A stretch of DNA of 64,000 nucleotides from an uncultured Romboutsia sp. (lineage in GTDB: Bacteria; Bacillota; Clostridia; Peptostreptococcales; Peptostreptococcaceae), in NCBI GenBank assembly GCA_904418825.1, contig CAJFPU010000001.1, positions 986 through 64,985 on the forward strand, written 5' to 3'. This document shows positions 28,700 to 40,475 of this stretch, piece after piece (positions within the stretch are counted from its first letter, which is position 1; every line of letters begins with the position of its first letter). Below the pieces are notes generated by a model. It worked only from the letters and a program-made list of their open reading frames with translations, made no database searches and had not been told where the DNA came from. The position numbers were made by a program, and so were the translations under genes.

Positions 28700-29524
28700 T
28701 TACCTTCCTAACTTATCTATGAAATTTAAAAACTTATTGTTCTCTATTATCTTAGTTAATGAATATTTTTCTGTAACAATATGTATAAACATTAAAAATG
28801 CTAACCATATTAATCTAACTTTTAATGAATATCCCATTACAAATAATATACCAATTGATATTCCTAAAACATTAGAACCTGTATCTCCCATCATTGCTTT
28901 TGCTTTTAAATCTTGTTTAAAATACGCAACCACATTTGGAAGAATTAATAATAAAAGATTTTTTGTATACTCACCTAATGTAAATAATAATGCTGTTGAT
29001 ATTAATAAATATCCTTTTATAGCTCTGCCTGGTCTTAAATCTAATAAATTCATTAGATTTGTAGATAAAGCTATTATTAATGTATTTATAATTATATCAT
29101 AAATATTTTTAGATATAGATATTGATATTACAATACCTATAAAACCTCCGAATAATGCTTTAAATCCACCTGTTGTTAACTTACCATTTAATAAGCTTTT
29201 AAAATGTCCTTTTAATCCACTTACATCTCTATTTCCTATAATATCATCTAATATTCCTGCAAAAAACATAGATACTAATCCAAATAAAAATATAAATATA
29301 TATAATATATCTTTAAAATTATTTGTAAAATAAGCTAATATTATAGAATTTATAATCAGCATAGGAAGAAATACTATTCCCATACTAACTGGTATCATAT
29401 CTTTTTTATAATTAGGTCTTAATACATTACTATCAATAAGCAAATTTTTAAATAGAGGTATTAAAGCATAAGTACCAAGTAACCCAGTTAAAATTAAAAT
29501 GGCATAAAGTATATATTTATTCAT
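28700..29524 (-). CDS. MraY/WecA-like polyprenyl-phosphate sugar-1-phosphate transferase family membrane protein
   Basis: GILDD, NLMNLLDLRPGRA, MMGDTGSN; many TM helices. Confidence 0.8.
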   Translation of the reverse strand: MNKYILYAILILTGLLGTYALIPLFKNLLIDSNVLRPNYKKDMIPVSMGIVFLPMLIINSIILAYFTNNFKDILYIFIFLFGLVSMFFAGILDDIIGNRDVSGLKGHFKSLLNGKLTTGGFKALFGGFIGIVISISISKNIYDIIINTLIIALSTNLMNLLDLRPGRAIKGYLLISTALLFTLGEYTKNLLLLILPNVVAYFKQDLKAKAMMGDTGSNVLGISIGILFVMGYSLKVRLIWLAFLMFIHIVTEKYSLTKIIENNKFLNFIDKLGR

Positions 29525-29530
29525 CTAATA

Positions 29531-30223
29531 CTACCTCCATTCTTTTTTCTTTATTCTTAGAACTTTCTTTATATGATAAAATTGCTTCCCTCTATGTATA
29601 AACCCTTTTAAATTTCTACCTGTTTCGCTATGAGTCATATTAACTAAAACTTCTTTTATAGTGTATCCATATTTTAAAATATCTATAGTCATACCCACTT
29701 CTACACCATAACCATATGGTATTTCTTTAAACTGTTCTAATACTTCTTTTTTAAATATTCTTTGTCCTGATAAAGTAGCATCTAACTCTTTACCTGTCAT
29801 TTCAAATACAGATTCCTTTGCTAATCTTTTTACAAATCCTAAGCCACCTTTTTTTGTAGCTGGTGGAAATTTAGCTATTATAACATCTGCTTCATTATTT
29901 AATATAGGCATTATAAGCTTTTTAACCTCACTAGATGTAGATCCTAAATCTCCATCTAAAAAACCTATAATTGTTGCATTTTTCATTGCCTCTTTTAATC
30001 CATAATTAAGGGCATATCCTTTACCTCTATTTTTATCTAAAGTGAAAACTTTTATTTTTTCACTTTCAACTGACTTTGCAATTTCTGTTGTTTTATCACT
30101 TGATCCATCATCTATAACTAATACTTCATTTATCTCATTAATATCTTTTATATTTTCTAAAGTATCTTTAATTTTATCTTCTTCGTTATAAGCTGGTATT
30201 ATTATACTTATATAATGGTTCAT
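29531..30223 (-). CDS. Glycosyltransferase family 2
   Basis: IIPAYNEE, DDGSSD, NRGKG, FLDGDL, LSGQR. Confidence 0.9.
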   Translation of the reverse strand: MNHYISIIIPAYNEEDKIKDTLENIKDINEINEVLVIDDGSSDKTTEIAKSVESEKIKVFTLDKNRGKGYALNYGLKEAMKNATIIGFLDGDLGSTSSEVKKLIMPILNNEADVIIAKFPPATKKGGLGFVKRLAKESVFEMTGKELDATLSGQRIFKKEVLEQFKEIPYGYGVEVGMTIDILKYGYTIKEVLVNMTHSETGRNLKGFIHRGKQFYHIKKVLRIKKKEWR

Positions 30224-30238
30224 ACTTATCTCTCCTTT

Positions 30239-31114
30239 TTATTTTTTATATGGTATTATACTATCTGAACCTTCTAAATTTCCAAATTTACCTGCTATAT
30301 TACTATCTTGAAGTACCATAACTAACGATAATTTACCTAAACCTTCATCTATATTATCTATAGTTGTAACTTTATCATTAGAATATAAATCTACATATGA
30401 GAATTTAGTATTACTCTGTTGAACACCTACTATATTTTTATCTTTATCCTTTAAAGTTTCTATTAATACTTTATCTATATTTTCATATTGGTCTTTACCT
30501 GACTTACCATTGTTTCCACCTGCCATTACTACAGAGTCATAACTTTGGTAATTTTCATTTAATGCATTTATCTTTATCATATTTGCATCTTCAAGTTCCC
30601 TTAACTTTGTTGTAGCATTATTTTCACTTAAAATTTTCTCAATGTATACCATAACATCTTTTGTACTTTTCATTTCTAAATTTAATTTAGTTGATAATTC
30701 TTCTATCTTTTGTTCATTAAATATATTATTATTTATCACTATATCAAAAGATACATTTCCATTAGCTTTAGTTATTATATCTTTTATTTCTGAAGTATAA
30801 TCATTGTCTTGATTAGTAGATATTATCCCTATATTTTTATCTATTAGTTTATCTGCTACTAAACTATCTACATTATCATTTATAAATGCTATAGCTTTAT
30901 CATAGTCTTCATTTAAATCAGCTAAGCTTTTTTCTAAATTATCATTTGTTACTTTTAAACTATCAAATTTGCTATCTAAATCACTTATAACACTTGCTTG
31001 TTGTTTACTAAGCTCTTGATCATAGTTTAGATTATATCCTACTAATATACCAATTCCTAAAGATATAAATATAGCTCCTATACTAACAATATAATATTTC
31101 ATATTTATATGCAT
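30239..31114 (-). CDS. steB: SteB/MctB-like (DUF3186) membrane-anchored protein
   Basis: INMKYYIVSIGAIFISLGIGILVG anchor, coiled coil, TTIDNID; follows steA. Confidence 0.7.
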   Translation of the reverse strand: MHINMKYYIVSIGAIFISLGIGILVGYNLNYDQELSKQQASVISDLDSKFDSLKVTNDNLEKSLADLNEDYDKAIAFINDNVDSLVADKLIDKNIGIISTNQDNDYTSEIKDIITKANGNVSFDIVINNNIFNEQKIEELSTKLNLEMKSTKDVMVYIEKILSENNATTKLRELEDANMIKINALNENYQSYDSVVMAGGNNGKSGKDQYENIDKVLIETLKDKDKNIVGVQQSNTKFSYVDLYSNDKVTTIDNIDEGLGKLSLVMVLQDSNIAGKFGNLEGSDSIIPYKK

Positions 31115-31129
31115 ATTAATCCTCCTAAA

Positions 31130-32251
31130 TTACAACTGTAGTAATAACTTTAACTTTAATTGCATCAGATGCATAAATTGTTTTACACTTGGTGTAAAAG
31201 ATGCAATTATAAGTATTGGAAATAACGCTGTTGCTATTAACGCCCAGATATATTTCATTTTTAATTTACTTCTATATAATAAGTTAACACCTTTTGCGTC
31301 TATTAACTTAGCACCAATTTTTAATCTTACTAAAAATGTACTTGCCATACCTTTTCTGCCTTTTTCTAAGAAATCAATCATATTTGAATGAGTTCCTAAA
31401 GCAACTATTAGTTCTGCTTTATACTCATAAGCAATAAGCATAGCTATATCTTCACTTGTTCCTGGTGCAGGAAAGACTATAGCATCTAATCCTAAATCAT
31501 TTACTCTTTTTAGTCCTGGTGCTCTTCCATCTGTATATGCATGTACTATTATTTCTTTAGCCTTTATTAATGCTTCATCACTTACACTGTCCATATCACC
31601 AACTATAACATCTGGAGTATAGCCAAATTCAAGTAATGCATCTGCACCACCATCAACACCAACTAAAATTGGTTTCATTTCTTCTATATATGAGATTATT
31701 GTACTTAAATCTTGTTTATAATCTTGCCCTCTTACAACTATTAATACATGTTTATTGGCATAGTTTGTTTTAACATGTGGAATTTCAACTTCTCCTAATA
31801 TAAATCCTTTTTCTTTCTTAGCATAATCTATAGTATTATCTATAAATCTATCTAATTCTACTGATAAATTCTCATATGCTTTTTTTAATTTTTCTGAAAC
31901 TTCTTGTTGGCCTAATACTTCACCATTTCCTAAAAATTCTCCGTCTCTATATATATTTCCATCTATAACTTCTATTATTTGGCCCTCAGCTAAATTATGA
32001 AATAACTCTTCTCCTACATTATCTATTATTAATATGTTATTTTCAGTTAATATACCTGGTCCTTTATTCGGATATCTTCCACTTATAGACTCTGCTGCAT
32101 TGATTACAAGTTTAATCTTACCTTCTACTAAAGAGTTTGCAGCAACTTCATCAATATCTACATGATTTATAACTGCTATTTCTCCACCTGTAAGCCTTTT
32201 AGCAAGCCTTTTAGTTTTTCTATCCACCTTTATAGGTGCTTGGACTTTCAT
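31130..32251 (-). CDS. steA: SteA-like protein (thiamine-pyrophosphokinase-like fold, C-terminal TM)
   Basis: DRKTKRLAKRL, SISGRYPN.GP, VVRGQDYK.DL, GVDGGADAL, GDMDSVS, GMASTFLVRLK; ATG 32251 behind GGAGG. Confidence 0.8.
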   Translation of the reverse strand: MKVQAPIKVDRKTKRLAKRLTGGEIAVINHVDIDEVAANSLVEGKIKLVINAAESISGRYPNKGPGILTENNILIIDNVGEELFHNLAEGQIIEVIDGNIYRDGEFLGNGEVLGQQEVSEKLKKAYENLSVELDRFIDNTIDYAKKEKGFILGEVEIPHVKTNYANKHVLIVVRGQDYKQDLSTIISYIEEMKPILVGVDGGADALLEFGYTPDVIVGDMDSVSDEALIKAKEIIVHAYTDGRAPGLKRVNDLGLDAIVFPAPGTSEDIAMLIAYEYKAELIVALGTHSNMIDFLEKGRKGMASTFLVRLKIGAKLIDAKGVNLLYRSKLKMKYIWALIATALFPILIIASFTPSVKQFMHLMQLKLKLLLQL

Positions 32252-32382
32252 ATTGTAAACCTCCGACATCTTTTTTAAAATCACATTCAATTATAGCACT
32301 ATTTAACAATAAAAGAAATATTTTAAGTTTTTATAAATTTATCTATATATTCCATCTAATCTATATTAATATCATAAATCAC

Positions 32383-33666
32383 TTATAACTTCAATAAATT
32401 TATTAGAATATCCTTTTTATTAAGTGAAGGATTTTTTATAACTTCATCTAATAAAAAACTTAATTTTTCACCTATTTCTTTACCTTTATATCCTAAATCT
32501 TTAATTATTTTACCATCTATATCTAAATCTATTATTTTGTAACATTCTTTACTACTTTCTATTTCATTTAATTTATTAATACATTGTTTTAAAAATTCAA
32601 TCTTATTTTTATTATTTAAAAATTCATTATATATTAATTTTAATTTAAAAACTTTATTTAATTTTTCATATCCAATATTATTTAAATATTTTTTTAAAAT
32701 TATATTATCTATTTTTTCAATATCTTTTATCATATATTCAATAATATCATTACAATAACTTATTACTTTATTAGGGTATCTTAGATTATTTATAATATTT
32801 AATTTTTTTATGTTTTCGCAATAATATTTATATTTTTCATCTTTGTTAATACATTTTAATATTTCATTTGAAACCAAGTAATCTAACATTATTAATCTAT
32901 CTAATAAATCATTGTCACAATTTTTTAACATACTTATATTTTTCTCTAGTGTTTTGTAGTGATATTCATTTAAATTACAATACATTCCTAAATTTTTAAA
33001 TATATTAGTCTTATATAGTAAAATTATATTTTGAGGATTATCACTTATCAAGGTTTTTGTAATTTCATCATTAATTCTTTCTATACTTATATTTTTTATT
33101 ATATATGAATTTTTATATATACTATTTAACGTATTTTCATCTATAGTAAAATTTAGCTTACTACTAAATCTAATGGCTCTTATCATCCTAAGTGCATCTT
33201 CTTTAAATCTTTCATCTGCATTTCCTACAGTTTTTATTATTCTTTTTTGCAAATCTTCTAATCCATTAAATTTATCTACTATTCCAAGGTGTTCATTATA
33301 TGCTATTGCATTGACTGTAAAATCTCTTCTTCTAAGATCTTCTTCTATATTTGATGTAAATTCTACAAATTTAGGTCTTCTATTGTTTTCATATTCTCCT
33401 TCTATTCTATATGTAGTTATTTCATATATATTATTATTTAGAATAATAGATACTGTTCCATGCTTTATTCCAGTATCTATTATTTTATAATCTTTAAATA
33501 TATTCATTATTTCTTTCGGCTTTGCATTAGTTGTAATATCATAATCACTAGGAATTAAATTAAGTATACTATCTCTAACACATCCACCTACCATAAATGC
33601 TTCATACCCATTTTGATATATCATATCAATTAAAAACTTTACTTCTTTAGGTATAAATATTTCCAT
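32383..33666 (-). CDS. cca: CCA-adding tRNA nucleotidyltransferase (class II)
   Basis: VGGCVRD, DYDITT, EDLRRRDFTVNA, RFKEDALRMIRAIRF, SIERI. Confidence 0.88.
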   Translation of the reverse strand: MEIFIPKEVKFLIDMIYQNGYEAFMVGGCVRDSILNLIPSDYDITTNAKPKEIMNIFKDYKIIDTGIKHGTVSIILNNNIYEITTYRIEGEYENNRRPKFVEFTSNIEEDLRRRDFTVNAIAYNEHLGIVDKFNGLEDLQKRIIKTVGNADERFKEDALRMIRAIRFSSKLNFTIDENTLNSIYKNSYIIKNISIERINDEITKTLISDNPQNIILLYKTNIFKNLGMYCNLNEYHYKTLEKNISMLKNCDNDLLDRLIMLDYLVSNEILKCINKDEKYKYYCENIKKLNIINNLRYPNKVISYCNDIIEYMIKDIEKIDNIILKKYLNNIGYEKLNKVFKLKLIYNEFLNNKNKIEFLKQCINKLNEIESSKECYKIIDLDIDGKIIKDLGYKGKEIGEKLSFLLDEVIKNPSLNKKDILINLLKL

Positions 33667-33744
33667 TAAATAACCTCCTTAATACGATATTATATATTAA
33701 GTTTTCCTATAACATATTATCTTATAATAAAATACAAAAAAAAT

Positions 33745-33768
33745 AAGCCTTCTTATCTCAGAAGGCTT
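33745..33768 (-). terminator. spo0A terminator
   Basis: aagccttct / agaaggctt inverted repeat followed by T-run on the minus strand. Confidence 0.7.
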
Positions 33769-33779
33769 TGTTTAATAAT

Positions 33780-34592
33780 TTATTTAACCATGCTATGCTC
33801 TAATCTTAATTTATCCGCAATCATAGCTATAAATTCAGAGTTTGTTGGTTTTCCTTTAGTATTATGAACCGTATATCCAAATAATTGGTTTATAGTATCA
33901 ACTTTACCTCTACTCCACGCAACTTCTATTGCATGTCTTATAGCTCTTTCAACTCTACTTGGAGTAGTGTTAAACTTTTTAGCTATACTCGGGTATAATT
34001 CTTTAGTAACAGCTCCTAAAAGTTCTACATTTTCTATAACCATTTTTATAGCTTCTCTTAAATATAAATATCCTTTTATATGTGCTGGAACCCCTATTTC
34101 ATGTATTATATTTGTTATTTCAGTTTCTATGTTACCTACATTTCTTACAAAATCAGTTCTAGTCATTTGTATATCTGCATGTGTTCTTGGCTTAGCTTCA
34201 ATATGATTTGTCTTATTCGATACTAATTCTCTTATTCTATTTATAAATATAACAAAATCAAAAGGCTTAACTATATAATAATCTGCACCTAAATTTATTG
34301 CAGATTGAGTTATTTTATCTTGACCAACTGCAGATAAAACTATTATCTTCGGCATCTTAACAAGATTCATAGAATTTAATTTTTCTATTACACCTAATCC
34401 ATCTAAATGTGGCATTATAACATCTAATACTAGTAAATCTGGTTGAGTCTTTTTAACTAAATCCAAAGCTTCTATTCCATCTTTTGCTATACCTAATATT
34501 TCTATGTCACTTTCGTTTGATAAATACTCCTTTAAAACTTGACAAAAGTCCTTATTATCATCTGCTAATACTATTTTAATTTTCTCGTTCAC
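33780..34592 (-). CDS. spo0A: Sporulation master regulator Spo0A
   Basis: Receiver ([15 protein letters not shown]) plus [38 protein letters not shown]. Confidence 0.99.
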   Translation of the reverse strand: MNEKIKIVLADDNKDFCQVLKEYLSNESDIEILGIAKDGIEALDLVKKTQPDLLVLDVIMPHLDGLGVIEKLNSMNLVKMPKIIVLSAVGQDKITQSAINLGADYYIVKPFDFVIFINRIRELVSNKTNHIEAKPRTHADIQMTRTDFVRNVGNIETEITNIIHEIGVPAHIKGYLYLREAIKMVIENVELLGAVTKELYPSIAKKFNTTPSRVERAIRHAIEVAWSRGKVDTINQLFGYTVHNTKGKPTNSEFIAMIADKLRLEHSMVK

Positions 34593-34670
34593 TAAAATTC
34601 CCCCTATTTAATAAAACATTTTATTTTTTATATTTAAAAATAATATCAAAAGTTTTTCACTTTAAAGCAT

Positions 34671-34698
34671 ATTCGACATACTTAATTTATATTCCTTC
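34671..34698 (-). promoter_or_regulatory. SigH promoter of spo0A with overlapping 0A box
   Basis: AGGAAT (34696-34691) and GTCGAAT (34677-34671); TGTCGAA at 34678-34672. Confidence 0.8.
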
Positions 34699-34734
34699 AA
34701 TCTATTGAAAATTTTAATATTTATTATTATTTTT

Positions 34735-35754
34735 TTAATTCTTATTCTCTAATTTTATCATTTCCTCTATAAAAATACCATATCCTTTTTTAGGATTATC
34801 TTTTATTACATGAGTTACAGCTCCAATAAGCTTATTATTTTGTATTATAGGAGCTCCACTCATTCCTTGAATAATTCCGCCCGTATAATTAATTAATCTA
34901 TCATCTATAACTTCTATTGAAATTTGTCTAGTATTTTGTTTATCCGTTGATATACTATTTATATTTATTTCATAGCTCATTATATTTTTAGTTTTATCTT
35001 CTAATAAAATATACGCTCGTCCTAATTTAATATCATCTTTATTTCCTATCTCAATTAACTGAATAGATTTCTCCTTTTCTGAGTTAAATACTCCAGTAAT
35101 CCCAAAATTAGAATTATACTTGAACTGACCAATTGGATTATTTAAATCAAAGTCACTATATAAATATCCATTTTTCTCCTTTATTCCCTTTTCAACATTT
35201 AAATTTTTAGGATTATATATATATCCTTGTTTTATTTTAAGCAACTCATTTGTATCAGAATCAGTTATAGCATGTCCAATCCCTTTAAATACAGATTTTT
35301 CTGGATCATAAAATGTAAGTGTACCCATTCCTGATATTTTATCTCTAACCCATAAACCTAACTTCTTATATTCTCTATCAATTTTTAACTTTATATTTTC
35401 ATTAATGTACTTTTCATCTCGTATTAAACCTACCTTAACTTCATCATCATTTATATTTTCTAATATTTCGAAGATGTCTTTAACATTTTCAATTTTTACA
35501 CCATTTATATCTACAATATTATCACCTATTTCTATGCCACCTATATATTCTTCACTTTCATCTTCATACCCTATAACTAAAACTCCATCTGTAGTTGCTT
35601 TTATACTTACAATTTCTCCTAAAGGATATACATACTTTTTATTCATATTTATAGCTTCTATATCATTGCTTGAATATGTACTTTTATAATAATAGCTTAA
35701 TAATATGAAAAAACTAATTAAAATTAAGGATATTATAATTTTTTTACCTTTCAT
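34735..35754 (-). CDS. spoIVB: SpoIVB peptidase (S55, PDZ)
   Basis: LGLWVRD, GTLTFYD, GHAITD, GIIQGMSG, GAVTHV; ATG 35754 behind GGAGG. Confidence 0.93.
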   Translation of the reverse strand: MKGKKIIISLILISFFILLSYYYKSTYSSNDIEAINMNKKYVYPLGEIVSIKATTDGVLVIGYEDESEEYIGGIEIGDNIVDINGVKIENVKDIFEILENINDDEVKVGLIRDEKYINENIKLKIDREYKKLGLWVRDKISGMGTLTFYDPEKSVFKGIGHAITDSDTNELLKIKQGYIYNPKNLNVEKGIKEKNGYLYSDFDLNNPIGQFKYNSNFGITGVFNSEKEKSIQLIEIGNKDDIKLGRAYILLEDKTKNIMSYEININSISTDKQNTRQISIEVIDDRLINYTGGIIQGMSGAPIIQNNKLIGAVTHVIKDNPKKGYGIFIEEMIKLENKN

Positions 35755-35785
35755 ATTAACCTCCAACCATTATATGTTATGTATT

Positions 35786-35815
35786 TATAATTCCATTTTT
35801 AATAATTTTATATAC
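35786..35815 (-). promoter_or_regulatory. SigG/SigF-type promoter of spoIVB
   Basis: GTATA-N18-AATTATA, preceded by the recN terminator hairpin at about 35818-35843. Confidence 0.5.
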
Positions 35816-35827
35816 AAAAAAGAAGCC

Positions 35828-37510
35828 CTATAGGCTTCTTTTAGCTAATTCTATTATTTCAGTAGCATGTTCCATTGTTTTCTCTGTGATATTACTTCCA
35901 GCTATAAGTCTTGCTATTTCATCTTTTCTTTGATTATTGTCTAACTTTCTTATAGTAGTAAAAGTTCTTTCATTTGATGTACTTTTCTCTATACAATAAT
36001 GAGTATCTGCTGTAGCAGCAATTTGTGGTAGATGTGTTATACATATAATTTGCTTTTTCTTACCTATATTACTAAGTTTTTCTCCAACTATTTGAGCTGC
36101 TATACCACTTATTCCTGTATCTATTTCATCAAATACTAATGTATCTATTTGATCAATATCCGCTAATATAGTCTTAAATGCAAGCATAAATCTAGACATT
36201 TCTCCACCTGATGCAACTTTATATATAGGCTTTATATCTTCTCCTAAGTTGAAAGATATCATAAATTCTATATCATCTTGACCTTTTAAATTAAATGTAG
36301 TTTCTTCAAAGTTTACTTTAAATACAACATTTTTCATGTTTAAACTCTTTAGTTCTATTAATAAAACTTTCTCTAACCTTAAAGCAACTTCTTTCCTTAC
36401 TTTTGTTAGTTCATCCGCTTTGCATTTAAGTACTTTTTCAAGTTTTAATATTTCTAACTTTAATTCTTCTACTCTTTCATCTCTATTTAATATTTCTTCT
36501 AGTCTAGAATTTATTTTTTCATAGTAATTAAATATATCTTCTATAGAATCTCCATACTTTCTTCTTAAATTATTTATTTCATCTACTCTAGATTCTATTT
36601 GCTCTAATTCGTAGGGCTCAAAGTTTATATTTTCTTTATAATTTCTTATTTCTCTAGATATATCTTGAAGCTCATACATAATTCTTTCTATATCTGTATT
36701 ATAATCACTTAAGGCTTTATCATATTGCGATATTAAGCTAAGTTCTTTAACTGCGTTTCCTATTAGGTCAACAGAGTTTACAGGACCATCATAAAGATTT
36801 TGATATGCCAAATTTAAGTTGCTATATATTTTTTCACTATTTCTATATACATCTCTTTGCTTTAATAATTCTTCATATTCATCTTTACTTAAATTTGCAG
36901 ACTCTATCTCATTTATTTGGAACTTAAGTAAATCTATTTCTCTTTGAATTTGCATATCATCTTTATTTTCAGTCAATACATTTAATGCTTTTTTAACTTC
37001 ACTATATTCATCGTATATAGATTTATATTCATTTTTATATTTTTCTAACTCAAACTCTCCAAATAAATCTAAAAAATCTAAATGAGTCTCTTTATTAAAT
37101 AAAGCTTGATTTTGATGTTGTCCATGTATATCTATTAATGTAGATGCTATATCTTTTAATATAGATAATTTAACTGTTCTTCCATTTACTCTAGCAACAC
37201 TTTTACCATCAGAATATATAACTCTTGTTATCACTAATAAATTATCTTCGTCTAGTTCTAAATCGTGTTCATGTAAAACTTTTTTTAAATTGCTACTTTC
37301 TGAATAAAATACAGTCTCTATTACGCCTTTTTCACTACCTTTTCTTAAAAAAGATCTATCATATTTTTCACCTAAGCATAATCCTAATGCGTCTATTATT
37401 ATAGATTTTCCTGAACCTGTTTCACCTGTTAATATATTTAAATTTTCATCTATACCCAGCCTTAATTCTTCAACTAGAGCACAGTTTTTCATATATAACT
37501 CAAGGATCAA
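35828..37510 (-). CDS. recN: DNA repair protein RecN
   Basis: TGETGSGKS, IHGQH, ASGGEMSR, FDEIDTGISG, ITHLPQIA. Confidence 0.97.
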   Translation of the reverse strand: MILELYMKNCALVEELRLGIDENLNILTGETGSGKSIIIDALGLCLGEKYDRSFLRKGSEKGVIETVFYSESSNLKKVLHEHDLELDEDNLLVITRVIYSDGKSVARVNGRTVKLSILKDIASTLIDIHGQHQNQALFNKETHLDFLDLFGEFELEKYKNEYKSIYDEYSEVKKALNVLTENKDDMQIQREIDLLKFQINEIESANLSKDEYEELLKQRDVYRNSEKIYSNLNLAYQNLYDGPVNSVDLIGNAVKELSLISQYDKALSDYNTDIERIMYELQDISREIRNYKENINFEPYELEQIESRVDEINNLRRKYGDSIEDIFNYYEKINSRLEEILNRDERVEELKLEILKLEKVLKCKADELTKVRKEVALRLEKVLLIELKSLNMKNVVFKVNFEETTFNLKGQDDIEFMISFNLGEDIKPIYKVASGGEMSRFMLAFKTILADIDQIDTLVFDEIDTGISGIAAQIVGEKLSNIGKKKQIICITHLPQIAATADTHYCIEKSTSNERTFTTIRKLDNNQRKDEIARLIAGSNITEKTMEHATEIIELAKRSL

Positions 37511-37543
37511 TTTAAATCCCCCTCTTTTTTATATATTTAATAT

Positions 37544-38356
37544 TTATTTACTTAAATTATGAGAAGCTTCGACAACTTCTAATATTTTTTTATTGTATTC
37601 TTCTCTATCAAATTCAAAAGGTTGATTTGTAATCTTTAAATGTATTAAGTACTCTATATTTCCTTCTGGTCCTTTTATAGGAGAATAGTCTAAATCTAAG
37701 ATTTCAAATCCATTTTCAGCTGCAAAATCCGATACCATCTGTATAACTTCTATATGAGTTGACTTTTCTCTTACTACACCTTTTTTACCAACTTTTTCTC
37801 TACCAGCTTCAAATTGTGGTTTTATAAGTGCTACTACTTCTCCGTTTTCACGAATAAGTTCCTTACATTTAGGAAGTACTAATTTTAATGAAATAAAAGA
37901 AACATCTATAGAGGCAAAATCTGCGAACTCTTTTGTATCCTCTATTGTAACATGTCTTATATTAGTTCTTTCCATACAAACAACTCTTTTATCCTGTCTT
38001 AGTTTCCAAGCAAGTTGTCCATATCCTACATCTATAGAAAATACTTTTGTAGCTCCATTTTGAAGCATACAATCTGTAAACCCTCCTGTAGATGAGCCTA
38101 TATCCATACATACCTTATTCTCTAGTGTTAAGTCAAAATTTTTCATTGCCTTTTCAAGCTTAAGACCTCCTCTACTTACATAAGGTATTGGATCTCCTTT
38201 CACTAGTATATCTGCATCTTCATCAACATCTACACCAGCCTTATCACATCTTTGATTATTTACAAATACAACACCCGCCATTATAGCCTTCTTAGCTCTT
38301 TCTCTGCTTTCAAAGTATCCTTTTTCGACTAATAATAAATCTATTCTCTTTTTCAT
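37544..38356 (-). CDS. tlyA: TlyA-family rRNA 2'-O-methyltransferase
   Basis: S4 domain, YVSRGGLKL, DIGSSTGGFTD, DVSFISL, IKPQFE, GNIEY. Confidence 0.93.
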   Translation of the reverse strand: MKKRIDLLLVEKGYFESRERAKKAIMAGVVFVNNQRCDKAGVDVDEDADILVKGDPIPYVSRGGLKLEKAMKNFDLTLENKVCMDIGSSTGGFTDCMLQNGATKVFSIDVGYGQLAWKLRQDKRVVCMERTNIRHVTIEDTKEFADFASIDVSFISLKLVLPKCKELIRENGEVVALIKPQFEAGREKVGKKGVVREKSTHIEVIQMVSDFAAENGFEILDLDYSPIKGPEGNIEYLIHLKITNQPFEFDREEYNKKILEVVEASHNLSK

Positions 38357-38373
38357 AAATTTACCTTTCTATT

Positions 38374-40236
38374 TTATAAACTCTTTATTTTCTCTGCTAT
38401 TTTCATTGGTGATAATCCGAAACTATTATATATTTCATCCATACTCCCATGAGGTATGAATTCTTCTGGTAAAGCTATATTGCTTATATCTATATCATAT
38501 TTATTGTCTATTATAAATTTATTTATATTAGTTGAAAATCCGCCAGTTATTACATTATCTTCTATAGTTACTACTTTTTTATGATCTTTAAATAATCTAT
38601 CTAATAAATCTTTATCTATAGGTTTTAAAAATCTAGCATTAACTATAGTTGGGTTTATTCCTTCTTTTAATAGTATCTCTTTTGCTTTTAATGCATGTTT
38701 TACCATACTTCCAATAGCTAATATAACTATATCATTTCCTTGAGATAATATTTCATAGCTACCTATATCTATAGTATCATAATATCCTATATCTAAGTAG
38801 TAACTACTTCCTCTTGGATATCTAATTGCAACTGGCGAGTTTATTTTTAATGATAATTCTAACATTAAATCTAACTCTTTGCTATCTTTCGGAGCCATTA
38901 CAGTTATGTTTGGAATATTATTTAAATAACTTAAATCAAACATACCATGATGTGTTTCTCCATCATTACCAACAATACCCGCTCTATCTATTAAAAATGT
39001 TACTGGCTTACTAGTTATACAAACATCATGTATAATTTGATCATATGCACGTTGTAAAAACGATGAATATACTGCAAAATAAGGTTTCATTCCATTTTTA
39101 GCTAGTCCTGCAGCAAACGTAGTAGCATGTTGTTCTGCTATTCCAACATCATAATATCTATTAGGATGATTTTTTTCAAATATATTAAGTCCCGTTCCAG
39201 ATGGCATAGCTGCAGTTATTGCAACTATATCTTCATTCTTATTTGCCATTTCACTTAACTTTTGACCAACTTGATTAGATATTGATACATCATTAGAACT
39301 TTTTATACCCATTTTTATATCAAACTTTGATACGCCATGGTATTTATCAGGTTGTTCTTCTGCATATCGATAACCTTTACCTTTTTTAGTTATTACATGT
39401 AAAAGTACTGGTCCTTTTTTAGATTTCGCTTTATTTAAAGCTTCTATAATCTCTTTAATATTATGACCATCTATAGGACCATAGTATTTTATACCTATAG
39501 ATTCAAAAAAGGAACTTTCATGAGGTGTAAATTTACTAATAACACTATCTTTCATCTTATTTGCAGTTTTAGATATTATCTTACCACCTGGAGATACTTG
39601 TAATATCTTTTCTACCTCATCTTTTACCTTATTAACAGTTGAATTTCTTATTATACTAGATAAATATCTAGACATTCCTCCAACATTTTTATCTATAGAC
39701 ATTTCATTATCATTTAGAATTATTATCATATCTGTATTTGTATATCCTACATGATTTAATGCCTCAAGTGCCATTCCTCCAGTTATAGATCCATCACCTA
39801 TTACTGCTATAACATCACTTTTTTCTTTTTTTATATCTCTAGCACAAGCAATACCTTGAGCCACTGATATAGATGTACTACTATGTCCTGTATCAAATAT
39901 ATCATGTTCACATTCACATTCTTTAGGAAAACCGCTCATTCCATTAAATTGTCTAAGTTTTTTGAATTCATCTTTTCTGCCTGTAACAATTTTATGTACA
40001 TAAGATTGATGACCAACATCCCATACAATTTTATCTTTAGGACTGTCAAATACCTTATGTAATGCTAAAGTCAATTCCACCACACCTAAATTAGATGATA
40101 AGTGTCCACCTGTTTGCGATACAGATCTAACCAAAAATTTTCTTATATCTTTTGCTAGCAAATCTAACTCATTTACAGTCATATCTTTTAAATCTTGTGG
40201 AGAATTTACTTCGTCTAAATATTTATACATATTCAT
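38374..40236 (-). CDS. dxs: 1-deoxy-D-xylulose-5-phosphate synthase
   Basis: [45 protein letters not shown]. Confidence 0.97.
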   Translation of the reverse strand: MNMYKYLDEVNSPQDLKDMTVNELDLLAKDIRKFLVRSVSQTGGHLSSNLGVVELTLALHKVFDSPKDKIVWDVGHQSYVHKIVTGRKDEFKKLRQFNGMSGFPKECECEHDIFDTGHSSTSISVAQGIACARDIKKEKSDVIAVIGDGSITGGMALEALNHVGYTNTDMIIILNDNEMSIDKNVGGMSRYLSSIIRNSTVNKVKDEVEKILQVSPGGKIISKTANKMKDSVISKFTPHESSFFESIGIKYYGPIDGHNIKEIIEALNKAKSKKGPVLLHVITKKGKGYRYAEEQPDKYHGVSKFDIKMGIKSSNDVSISNQVGQKLSEMANKNEDIVAITAAMPSGTGLNIFEKNHPNRYYDVGIAEQHATTFAAGLAKNGMKPYFAVYSSFLQRAYDQIIHDVCITSKPVTFLIDRAGIVGNDGETHHGMFDLSYLNNIPNITVMAPKDSKELDLMLELSLKINSPVAIRYPRGSSYYLDIGYYDTIDIGSYEILSQGNDIVILAIGSMVKHALKAKEILLKEGINPTIVNARFLKPIDKDLLDRLFKDHKKVVTIEDNVITGGFSTNINKFIIDNKYDIDISNIALPEEFIPHGSMDEIYNSFGLSPMKIAEKIKSL

Positions 40237-40475
40237 TCACCTTTTATTGACTAAATTTTATTCACTCTTTTATATAAAATATTCTTTATTTAAACAAGTA
40301 TATTTAATAATAATTTTTAATTATCTAAAAAAGCCTTCTATGAGAAGACTTTTTTCTTTACATAGTTTCGATAAATATTAAAAATTAATATATCTTAGTA
40401 TTGACTTATACATATTAATTTTATAACATAAATAAAACATAAAAAATTATATCATATACTATATGTCTTTTCAAT

